A stretch of DNA of 39,696 nt, taken from sequence record DRR723986_8398, one strand, 5' to 3'. The position numbers were made by a program, and so were the translations under genes. Below, piece by piece: positions 19,183 to 27,203 of the stretch. Numbering within the stretch: position 1 is the stretch's first letter; each line of letters starts with the position of its first letter. Below the pieces are notes generated by a model. The model was given only the letters and a program-made list of their open reading frames with translations. It did not search any database and had not been told where the DNA came from.

Positions 19183-19761
19183 TCAACCTAATGCCTGAAA
19201 TTCAACGCGCCGGTTGTCATCGCTGCGGGGATCGGATGGATCGTATGGCGCGCTTTCGCCCAGACCAATCGCCTCCAGGCGGTTTTCATCTACGGCGCAT
19301 TCGTTGACCAGATGCCGTTTGACCTCTTGGGCGCGCAGCAGGGACAGGTTTTCGTTGTAAGACGCTGATCCCGAGCTGTCAGTGTGCCCAACGATCTGGA
19401 ACAGCTTGACGTCAACGGCGTTCATCACCTGACACAATGTATCCAGCTTTGACTTCTGGTCATCGCGCAACGAGGCACTGTCAAAATCAAATTTGATCTT
19501 GATGTTTACCTGATCGGCCTTGTCCACCTGTGAATAGGTGGTTTGCGCAGGTTGCACTGCTGCGGTTCCCGTCGCCGTGTCTGTACCAGTCCCATCCGCA
19601 GGGACCAGAACCAGCCCGCGTGTCTTTTGCTTTTCGAAGGCTTGAGTGATCTCTTCTGCGGTCATTTCAGAAGAGGTCTGCGCGGCGGCAAAGGTCAGTG
19701 GCATTGCAGAAATTGCAACTGCAAGCGTCACACCCATAAATGTTCTACTGCGAGAAATCAT
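19183..19761 (-). CDS. Secreted OmpA/MotB-family peptidoglycan-binding protein
   Basis: Sec signal peptide (…LTFAAAQ). OmpA C-like domain FDFDSA...GHTDSSG...YNENLSLLRA...NRRVEF. No beta-barrel and no lipobox. Confidence 0.9.
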   Translation of the reverse strand: MISRSRTFMGVTLAVAISAMPLTFAAAQTSSEMTAEEITQAFEKQKTRGLVLVPADGTGTDTATGTAAVQPAQTTYSQVDKADQVNIKIKFDFDSASLRDDQKSKLDTLCQVMNAVDVKLFQIVGHTDSSGSASYNENLSLLRAQEVKRHLVNECAVDENRLEAIGLGESAPYDPSDPRSDDNRRVEFQALG

Positions 19762-19801
19762 AACGCGCTTCCTTTCAAGGGGATCAGGATAATATAGGCA
19801 A

Positions 19802-19830
19802 AGTCTATCCTAGCCAGCCCAGTCTCACAA
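19802..19830 (-). promoter_or_regulatory. Candidate sigma70 promoter for ompA-like/ppkA
   Basis: Minus strand TTGTGA-N17-TAGACT, about 40 nt upstream of the ATG at 19761. Confidence 0.35.
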
Positions 19831-19941
19831 CGGTTTTGAGCCGGCTGTGCAACTCTGACGTGGATTCCGCTTGGCCAGAACGCCGAAGCAGGCTTTACTC
19901 TCATCAGGCTGTTTCGGCAGCATTGTGTTGGACATCAGATC

Positions 19942-20799
19942 ATGCGCTTGCTTCCTGCGATCCTTATCAGCCTGGCGATTGTCTTGGCCCCGATCATCTG
20001 GTTACTGCTGCCTGCGGTATTGGTTGAGGAAAACCTGATCGATGGCCCCGCGATTGATTCCGGCGCCCGTATCGAGATCGAGATGCTCAACCAGCGGGTC
20101 GAAGACCTGCAACTTCAAATGGAGCAATTGACCTCCGAGTTGTCCAATGTCGCCGCGCAAGCCTCGCGCGCGCCGATGGCCAGCGGGGGCGGATTGAACG
20201 CCTTGCCGGATGACGCCGATACCTTCCGTCAAAGCGGGCCAAACGAGATCATTGATTCCTATGCGCAGGTGGTTCTGATTGCCAACCGCCGCAAAGTGAA
20301 CGATGGGCTGGTGATTGCTGGCCCGCGCTATTTGACTAAGGTTTTTGGCCCCCCGCGTGAGGTTTTGTCCGACAATTGCGAGGCTATGACCAACCCGCGA
20401 TTAAAGGGCAAGCTGCGGACGGAAAAGGTGGGGCCCATTCGGGTCAGGATGCTGCAACCAGCCATCGATTCTCTGCGCGAGATCATGAAAAACATTCAAG
20501 TGACGGACCCCGATCTGTATGCGCGGATCAACACCGCAGGGGCATTGTGTGTGCGACAGATCCGCGGCACACGAGGGCGGGCATCGACCCATTCCTTTGG
20601 GCTTGCGGTGGATCTCAATATCGACGGCGTTCTGGATACGCTGGGTGACGGCAAGACCCAGCTTGGCCTGACCATCCTTGCAGATTTTTTCCGCAGCGAA
20701 GGTTGGGTCTGGGGCGCGGCATGGGGCCGCGAAGACAGCATGCATTTCGAGGTCAGCCGGCAACTGTTGGACGAGTGGATCAAAGACGGCAAGCTTTGA
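19942..20799 (+). CDS. Membrane-anchored M15-family Zn peptidase (peptidoglycan D,D-carboxypeptidase / L,D-endopeptidase type; TagX-like architecture)
   Basis: N-terminal TM helix, coiled-coil segment (IEMLNQRVEDLQLQMEQLTSEL), C-terminal R...STHSFGLAVD...WGAAW..EDSMHFE M15 motifs. Confidence 0.85.
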   Translation: MRLLPAILISLAIVLAPIIWLLLPAVLVEENLIDGPAIDSGARIEIEMLNQRVEDLQLQMEQLTSELSNVAAQASRAPMASGGGLNALPDDADTFRQSGPNEIIDSYAQVVLIANRRKVNDGLVIAGPRYLTKVFGPPREVLSDNCEAMTNPRLKGKLRTEKVGPIRVRMLQPAIDSLREIMKNIQVTDPDLYARINTAGALCVRQIRGTRGRASTHSFGLAVDLNIDGVLDTLGDGKTQLGLTILADFFRSEGWVWGAAWGREDSMHFEVSRQLLDEWIKDGKL

Positions 20800-20936
20800 G
20801 CCACAGGGTGGGCCTCGGCGCGACAATTCTCTACAAATCTGTTAAAATACGTCAGCGCGGGCCGAAGGCCAGAGCGAAATCCGGCCCATGCAGCGGGCAA
20901 GTGGCCTCTGCGCTATTGAGCGAGCGGTGATTGGTA

Positions 20937-20960
20937 GCGGCGAAACGCCCGCCCTTTTTT
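20937..20960 (+). terminator. Possible Rho-independent terminator downstream of the M15 peptidase gene
   Basis: GCGGCG-AAA-CGCCCGC hairpin followed by CCTTTTTT. Confidence 0.45.
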
Positions 20961-20979
20961 GCACCGATTGGATATCGAA

Positions 20980-21369
20980 ATGGACCATACTCTTTTCTTG
21001 CAGCTTCGCGCTGTGCTGAACCGATACTATTTACCCGCCCCTGCGCCGCCCGCTGTCGGCTATCTGCGCGGCAGTGCCACACCGGGGATTTGGCGGGCCA
21101 AGATCGCGCAGCGCAATGAGCAGTTGATGCTGCTCGGCAATGCTGAACCGACTGCCGCCGATTGGGCCAACGCCGGAGTTGAGCATCGCACCGGCGAGAC
21201 CCAGATGATCACCCTGCCAATGCTCAATGGCTTTGTCCTGACCTATGGCGGGTTCATGGCAGGTCGCCCGTGGGCAGCGATCTGCGACGAGAACGAAGAC
21301 AGTGTAAACATCGGCTTTCCAAATGCACTTCTGAGTTTTGAACAAGCCATTGCCCGCAGTGGAGGTTGA
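20980..21369 (+). CDS. Hypothetical protein (129 aa), no recognised family
   Basis: ATG at 20980 with GGA upstream; G/C-ending codons dominate; fills an otherwise empty gap. Confidence 0.55.
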   Translation: MDHTLFLQLRAVLNRYYLPAPAPPAVGYLRGSATPGIWRAKIAQRNEQLMLLGNAEPTAADWANAGVEHRTGETQMITLPMLNGFVLTYGGFMAGRPWAAICDENEDSVNIGFPNALLSFEQAIARSGG

Positions 21370-21476
21370 GGATCTTTCTTTTTGCGCAGTATTCCAAAAC
21401 GCAGAATTTTTTGGGTAATACCCCCGGCGATCGCCATCTAAAGACTTTTGTGCCGATCCGGCCTAAGGTCGTGCAG

Positions 21477-21492
21477 AATGACTGCGGTCATT
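21477..21492. promoter_or_regulatory. Palindromic candidate operator upstream of the TTC38-like gene
   Basis: AATGAC-TGCG-GTCATT inverted repeat about 30 nt before the ATG at 21524. Confidence 0.4.
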
Positions 21493-21523
21493 GGTGGTGC
21501 GTGAAAAGAAGGAACACCCCATA

Positions 21524-22801
21524 ATGCAAGACAGCTATGGCAATGAGATCACGGTCGCATCGCAATCTGCGTTGGATCATTATGATATGGGTGTCAGGTC
21601 GTTCTTGGCGGCGGATTATGGTGCGGTAGAGGCGTTTCAAGCCGCTGTTGAGCATGATGAAAGTTTTGCCCTTGGTCATGCGGGGCTGGCGCGGGCGCTG
21701 ATGATGTCGGGACAGATGCCGCTGGCCAAAGCCGCGATTGAGCGGGCTCAAACCCTCGCGGCCAAGCTGGACATCCGGCAACGCCAGCATGTCGAATGCT
21801 TTGTTCTGCTATTTGCGGGGCAACCTCAGAAAGCCCGCGCTTTGGTCAAAAATCATGTCCGCGATTATCCGCGCGATGCGCTTGCGGCACAGCTTTGCTC
21901 TAATGTGTTTGGCCTGATCGGTTTTTCAGGCGAGGTCGGGCGCGAGGCGGAATTGCTGGCCTATACCTCCGCGCTCTTGCCGCATTATGGCGAGGATTGG
22001 TGGATGATGTCGATGCATGCGCTGTCGCTGTGCGAGACCGGACAGATCGCTGCCTCGATGCAGTTGATGGACAAATCGCTGGCCCTGAATGATCGCAATG
22101 CCAATGGCGCACATTTCAAGTCACATGCGCAATATGAGGCCGGGGATGCAGCGGCGGGGCGTCGGTATCTTTCGGATTGGCTTGCCGATTATGACGATCG
22201 CGGTGTGCTGCATGGGCACCTGAGCTGGCATGCAGCGCTTTGGGCTTTGCATGATGGCGATGCGGCGGGCATGTGGGCGGCGGTCGATGCAGGCGTTGGG
22301 CCGCAGTCGGCCAAGGGCCTGCCGATCAATGTGCTGACGGATACCGCTGCGATCTTGTACCGGGCAGACCTTGCGGGCCTGTCTGTTGCCCCGGAGCGGT
22401 GGTCGGGGCTCAGCGATTATGCAGCCAGGTTTTTCCCTGAAACGGGGCAAAGCTTTGCCGATATGCATGCGGCATTGGCCCATGCCATGGCAGGGAATGG
22501 GGATCGTTTGGCCTATATCAGCGATACGGCCAAAGGCTTTGCCGGTGATCTGATACAGCCGGTGGCGCGGGCATGGGGCGCCATTGCGCGGCAAGATTGG
22601 CAAGCCGCGCTGGAGGAGCTGGTCTTGGTCATGGACAGCACCGAACGCCTTGGCGGCAGCCGTGCCCAGCGTGATCTGCTGGAGCTGACCTACGCCAATG
22701 TCCTTCTCAAACTTGGCCTGACCGAAGAAGCCCGGCGCAGCCTGATCATCCGCAGACCGGTGCTGTCCGCTGCGCCGCCGATTATGGGTTTGGGGGCATA
22801 A
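21524..22801 (+). CDS. Tetratricopeptide repeat protein, TTC38-like family
   Basis: ATG at 21524 after AAGAAGGA. TPR-like helices, NANGAHFKSH, LHGHLSWHAAL and C-terminal LGGSRAQRDLL typical of TTC38 homologs. Confidence 0.82.
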   Translation: MQDSYGNEITVASQSALDHYDMGVRSFLAADYGAVEAFQAAVEHDESFALGHAGLARALMMSGQMPLAKAAIERAQTLAAKLDIRQRQHVECFVLLFAGQPQKARALVKNHVRDYPRDALAAQLCSNVFGLIGFSGEVGREAELLAYTSALLPHYGEDWWMMSMHALSLCETGQIAASMQLMDKSLALNDRNANGAHFKSHAQYEAGDAAAGRRYLSDWLADYDDRGVLHGHLSWHAALWALHDGDAAGMWAAVDAGVGPQSAKGLPINVLTDTAAILYRADLAGLSVAPERWSGLSDYAARFFPETGQSFADMHAALAHAMAGNGDRLAYISDTAKGFAGDLIQPVARAWGAIARQDWQAALEELVLVMDSTERLGGSRAQRDLLELTYANVLLKLGLTEEARRSLIIRRPVLSAAPPIMGLGA

Positions 22802-22925
22802 ACGCGATTTGGCGGGAATGGCCAAAGCGGCGGGCGCAAGTAAGCCCTTCTCTGCCCCAGGCCTAGCCGAAACGGGGTGAAGTTTCGTCTGTCCGCGCTT
22901 GGACGGCATGTGCTATCCAAATGGC

Positions 22926-23624
22926 ATGACTGACGAAACCGAAACCGCAAAGCCGCCACGGCGCAGAGGGCGCAAACCCAATTCCAATATCAACCGCAGC
23001 AGTATTCTGGACGCTGCGATCACACTGGCGCTTGAGAATGGGCCAGAGGCGCTTTCGACGGTGCGAATTGCGCGGGCGATGGATATTGTGCAGTCGGGGT
23101 TTTATGCACATTTCAGGAATATGGACGATTGTATCTCGGCTCTTGCCCTGCGCATTGACGCATCGGTGCGGGCGCCTATTGCAGAACGAATGGCGGGGCT
23201 GCGGCAGTCCAACCCAAGTGATGCAGCGACGTTGACGCCCTATTATGAGGGGCTCTTTGACCTGATCGAGGAAACCGGCCCACTGATGGAATTGTTTCTG
23301 CGCCACCGGCAAGACCGCAGCCCTCTGGGCGCGGTGCTGGGCCAAGGGGAGGCGGCCTTGGTGGAGGATCTCACCGATCACTTGGATGCAATTATGCCAG
23401 CCGATCGCGGCGCCCCCGCGCTGGCCAATCGCAGTGTCGAGGACCGCAGACAGGCTTGCTATGTCATGGCGCGTTTTCTTGTCCGCCAATCGTTTGAGGC
23501 GGTCAGCATGTGGCGCGAGGGCCAATTGGCCCGGACCGTTGCGACCCGGCTTCTGGCTGAACAGACAGCTGTGTTTGGGATCAGCGCCGCAACCGCAGGA
23601 CTGTTTGCGCGGCAAGTTGACTAG
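22926..23624 (+). CDS. TetR/AcrR-family transcriptional regulator
   Basis: HTH region RSSILDAAITLALENGPEALSTVRIARAMDIVQSGFYAHFRNMDD; likely ATG at 22926. Confidence 0.88.
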   Translation: MTDETETAKPPRRRGRKPNSNINRSSILDAAITLALENGPEALSTVRIARAMDIVQSGFYAHFRNMDDCISALALRIDASVRAPIAERMAGLRQSNPSDAATLTPYYEGLFDLIEETGPLMELFLRHRQDRSPLGAVLGQGEAALVEDLTDHLDAIMPADRGAPALANRSVEDRRQACYVMARFLVRQSFEAVSMWREGQLARTVATRLLAEQTAVFGISAATAGLFARQVD

Positions 23625-23633
23625 GGGCTGACC

Positions 23634-24521
23634 TTAACCTGCCTTGTGAAGCGTGCCATCATCCTCGTGGCCCAGATCCGTTGACACCACACGCCCCTGT
23701 TTTGCCAGATCGCGCGAGGCCGTCATTGCCGCCTCGATGTTTTCGTCCTTATAGGCGCGTTCCAGCATTTTCTGGATAAAGCGGGGCCAGCGTATGACGT
23801 AGTTCATCTTGCGCGGCGCAACGGCTTCGCGTTCCCGTTTCTTCACCATACCCACGGCCACCTGTGCAACTTCGCGGGCAGAGACGGATTGTTTGCCACC
23901 AAGGTTCGGCTCGCCCCACAGGTGCACCATGACCTGATCCACCGGGCGAATTTCGTCCGGGTCAGGCACCACAAAGCTGGGGCAAAGCGCACCCACATCG
24001 ACGCCCCGGTGCCGGACTTCTTGGCGCATGCAATCCATGAGGGCCCAGACGCCCGCTTTCGTGGCACAATACTGGCCTTGCAGCGGTGAATGCGCGACAG
24101 CGGCGGTTGAACAAACCGAAAGGAAATAGCCGCGGCTCATCATCAGATAGGGCATGGCCAGATGGGCAACACGGTAGGTGCCGGTCAGATTGACAGAGAC
24201 CATACGCTCCATCGTCGCTGGCGGCGCGGCCTCGACACTGCCGGTTCCCATGATCCCTGCATTCGACACCACCGCATCAATGCGGCCAAATTCCTGCGCA
24301 GCCGCCTCAAATGCCGCTTTTACAGAGGCATCTTTGGTCACGTCCATGTCCAAGGCAATGGTGCGCCCGCCAAGCTCCGCCTTGAGCGCCTGCAGGCGCT
24401 CGGGCTCCAGCCCGGCCAGCACGATATACGCGCCTTCGGCATGCATCGCGCGGGCCATGGCCCGGCCGACATTGCGGGCCGGACCGGTGATGAAAATAAC
24501 CCGGTTTTCAAGCGTCGACAT
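23634..24521 (-). CDS. Short-chain dehydrogenase/reductase (SDR)
   Basis: TGPARNVG (variant Gly motif), DVT, SNAG, catalytic Ser (VCST) and YCATK. Confidence 0.9.
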   Translation of the reverse strand: MSTLENRVIFITGPARNVGRAMARAMHAEGAYIVLAGLEPERLQALKAELGGRTIALDMDVTKDASVKAAFEAAAQEFGRIDAVVSNAGIMGTGSVEAAPPATMERMVSVNLTGTYRVAHLAMPYLMMSRGYFLSVCSTAAVAHSPLQGQYCATKAGVWALMDCMRQEVRHRGVDVGALCPSFVVPDPDEIRPVDQVMVHLWGEPNLGGKQSVSAREVAQVAVGMVKKREREAVAPRKMNYVIRWPRFIQKMLERAYKDENIEAAMTASRDLAKQGRVVSTDLGHEDDGTLHKAG

Positions 24522-25449
24522 TGACGGTCTCCATATTCAGTGCGTTTTGCAAAAATGCGATCTGATCGGCGATGGCGGTTTTGAAAGGGGCACCATGATA
24601 GATCTCGAAGTGTTCGATGGGATAGTCGATGTGCCGGCCCTTGGGCGCGTTTGCCGCCGCGGCGCGGGCCGGTTCAGGGGGCGTCACGGCATCCTTGGTG
24701 GCGATCTGCACCAACAAGGGGCAGGGGATCTCGGCGGTTGTCGTGCCGGGCCGCCACTTCAGCATTTGCAGAAAGACGCGCGGGGTGATGCGGTTTTCCA
24801 TGGTCGAGCCTTGATCCTTTTGCCACCAATCGGGCTGAATGGCATCTGGCGTTGTCATGGCGCAGAGCGTGCCGGGGTGGCCTGTCGCACCGACATAGAA
24901 GGGGTATTTGCCACGCTTTTCGCGCCATCGGTCCCGCAGGGCAGCGATAAAGAGGCGAAATGCAGTTTTGGGATCTCCGGTGTTTTGCCGCCCATCCGCA
25001 AAAGGGGCTTGCGCGATGGCCGCCGCCACGGGCGCGGTGCGGGCAATATCCATGACATGTCCGCCCGAAAAGGACGATCCCCAGATTGCCACACGCGCCG
25101 CATCCACATCATCGCGGGACTGCGCCCAAGCGATCACCGCGCGCCATTCCTCTTGCTGGCGCGGAATGTCCATCCATTGGCGGGGCAGGCCACCTGATCT
25201 GCCAAAGGTCCGGTAGTCAAACAAAACCACGGTCAGCCCGGCGGCTGCAAAATGATCCCCGTAGCGCAACAGCGGCTCATGGATAACACCGGAAAACCCA
25301 TGTGCCAGGATGATGGCGGGCTGCTTGCCCGCCGCGTTCTTTGCCCGCTTGACCCACAGATGCACCCGCTCGCCGCCAACTTTGATGTCGGTCTCGCTGG
25401 TGACAACCTGCGCCGCCACGTCTTTGGCATTGGTGTGATCGACAGCCAT
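24508..25449 (-). CDS. Alpha/beta-fold serine hydrolase (esterase/acylase-like)
   Basis: AHGFSG, FDYRTFGRSGG, nucleophile elbow WGSSFSGG, D (KDAVTP) and H (EHFEIY). Start overlaps the MFS stop (TGATG). Confidence 0.9.
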   Translation of the reverse strand: MAVDHTNAKDVAAQVVTSETDIKVGGERVHLWVKRAKNAAGKQPAIILAHGFSGVIHEPLLRYGDHFAAAGLTVVLFDYRTFGRSGGLPRQWMDIPRQQEEWRAVIAWAQSRDDVDAARVAIWGSSFSGGHVMDIARTAPVAAAIAQAPFADGRQNTGDPKTAFRLFIAALRDRWREKRGKYPFYVGATGHPGTLCAMTTPDAIQPDWWQKDQGSTMENRITPRVFLQMLKWRPGTTTAEIPCPLLVQIATKDAVTPPEPARAAAANAPKGRHIDYPIEHFEIYHGAPFKTAIADQIAFLQNALNMETVNVDA

Positions 25450-26840
25450 CAAACACCCCCGTCCTGCGCTTGCGCAACGTCCGTCCGAAGCCCTTGCTGT
25501 ACGGCGCGGGTGATCGGATACCCAAAGGTCAGCAGCATCGCGACCACGAAGATCGCCAGCGGAATTGGACCGGTCATCCAGATAAAGGCGGTCAGGGTGC
25601 TTTCGCTTTGCACCACTTGGCCTGCCTGATGGTCAAAGACCCAGAGCATCATCGCGTTCCAGAAGATCGCAAGCGATCCAGCGATCTTTTGCGCAAAGAC
25701 AAAAACCGACGAGACCAGCCCTTCGCGTTTGGCCCCGTGGGTTTGCGCATCCATATCCACGGCATCGGGCAGCATCGCCCATGGAAAGAGGTTGATGGCA
25801 GAGATACCGATACCCGAGATTGCCGCCGCGACCATCAACGTGGGGCTCACCCCGTCCCGCGGGATGAAGGGGATCATGGCAAGAAACACGCCATAGACCA
25901 CAAAACCTGCGATCAAGGCGCGGTGTTTGCCGATCTTGCCGCCGACAAAGGCCCAAAGCGGGAAGGACAGGATCGACAGCAGGAAGATTGCACCAAGGAT
26001 TGGTCCCTGCGCGGGGCCCGGCACGCCAATCACGCTTTCTAGATAGAACGGCACCATGGATTGCACGATCAAGGTGCCCAGCACAGACAACAGCAGGATT
26101 AAGACGATGCGGGTGTAGCCCGGCGTCCGAAACAGGCTTTTGACCTCGCCCCAAAACGGCTTGTTTGGCAGGACATCAGTGCCGGTTTTTGCATCTGGGA
26201 TGGCCCAAAGGAACGGGGTCAAAGAGACCACGCCAACCCCGGCGAAAACCATCGCAACCGTGATCCAGGCAGAGGCAGGAGAGGCAGCCAGATCGTTGGC
26301 TTGTCCCAGTGCCAGAACCAATCCGGGCGTGACGGCGATGGCAATCAACACGGCAAGAAAATTGAACATGAAATTGACCGACAACAGCTTGGTGCGGCCA
26401 TGGTAGGTCGGTTCAAGATCCGGCACCAAGGCAAGGCGCGGGATCGAGATCATGGTGAAAAACAGCGAAAACGTCATGAACCCGATGGCCGCCAGAATGA
26501 ACTTGGCCGCGGTACCCTCGACCAGAACGGGCAGCGTCCAGATCGCAACATAGCTGAGCGCACCGGGCAACAAGGCCCATTTGATCGCCGGTTTGCGCCC
26601 TACAGCATGGCGCACCCGGTCCGACCATCGGCCAATGACCGGATCCATAACCGCATCGAACAGGCGCCCTGTCAGAAAGGCGATACCGGCCAGGAACGGC
26701 GGGATCGCTGCGATATTGACGAAGAAATACAGCAGCCACGAATTGATCGCGATAAAGGCGAGGCCAACGTTCAGCTCAGCTGCGCCATAGGCCATCTTTC
26801 GGCCCAGCGACAACCCGTCGGCGGTTTTTGTCTTGGTCAT
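25449..26840 (-). CDS. MFS transporter, glycoside-pentoside-hexuronide (GPH/MelB-like) family
   Basis: ATG at 26840 after GGAGGAG; about 12 TMs; GRLFDAVMDPVIGRWSDR, WAMLPDAVD...KREG and YPITR motifs. Confidence 0.88.
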   Translation of the reverse strand: MTKTKTADGLSLGRKMAYGAAELNVGLAFIAINSWLLYFFVNIAAIPPFLAGIAFLTGRLFDAVMDPVIGRWSDRVRHAVGRKPAIKWALLPGALSYVAIWTLPVLVEGTAAKFILAAIGFMTFSLFFTMISIPRLALVPDLEPTYHGRTKLLSVNFMFNFLAVLIAIAVTPGLVLALGQANDLAASPASAWITVAMVFAGVGVVSLTPFLWAIPDAKTGTDVLPNKPFWGEVKSLFRTPGYTRIVLILLLSVLGTLIVQSMVPFYLESVIGVPGPAQGPILGAIFLLSILSFPLWAFVGGKIGKHRALIAGFVVYGVFLAMIPFIPRDGVSPTLMVAAAISGIGISAINLFPWAMLPDAVDMDAQTHGAKREGLVSSVFVFAQKIAGSLAIFWNAMMLWVFDHQAGQVVQSESTLTAFIWMTGPIPLAIFVVAMLLTFGYPITRAVQQGLRTDVAQAQDGGV

Positions 26841-26873
26841 GTGTTCTCCTCCCAAAGAACCTGCGGTTTCCTG

Positions 26874-26897
26874 TTTTATGATAGATATATCATTAAA
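26874..26897. promoter_or_regulatory. AT-rich palindromic candidate TetR operator upstream of the MFS operon
   Basis: TTTt-ATGATAGATATATCAT-tAAA: the 16-bp core has only one mismatched pair; about 35-55 nt upstream of the MFS ATG. Confidence 0.55.
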
Positions 26898-27203
26898 TAT
26901 GAAATCCGACAATAGATCTGGCAGTGACCGGCGCGCGGCGGGGGCTCTGGCGTAAAATCGGCGATTTTGGTCAAAGTGTTCCGGGGAATGGCCCGGTAGA
27001 ATTTGCTCAAGTGATCGGCAGATGGATCGTGCAAGATTGCAACGTGGTAAAACGGGTGCGTCCAATGGGCGTCATGGGGCACCGGTCCTACCGCAATGGC
27101 AGGCGTCAGGAACGGGGCCTGACACTATACGTGGTAGAAATTGCGCCAGATCCCGCTGAAAAGTTGATGGGGAGTGTTCCAAGTTGGCGCCAAAAGGCGA
27201 TTT

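Noticed and set aside
21420-21495. CCGGCCTAAGG segment reminiscent of a c-di-GMP-I riboswitch P3 stem
   Set aside because: The upstream GNRA-tetraloop stem and the GGGACGCAAA-like junction are missing.
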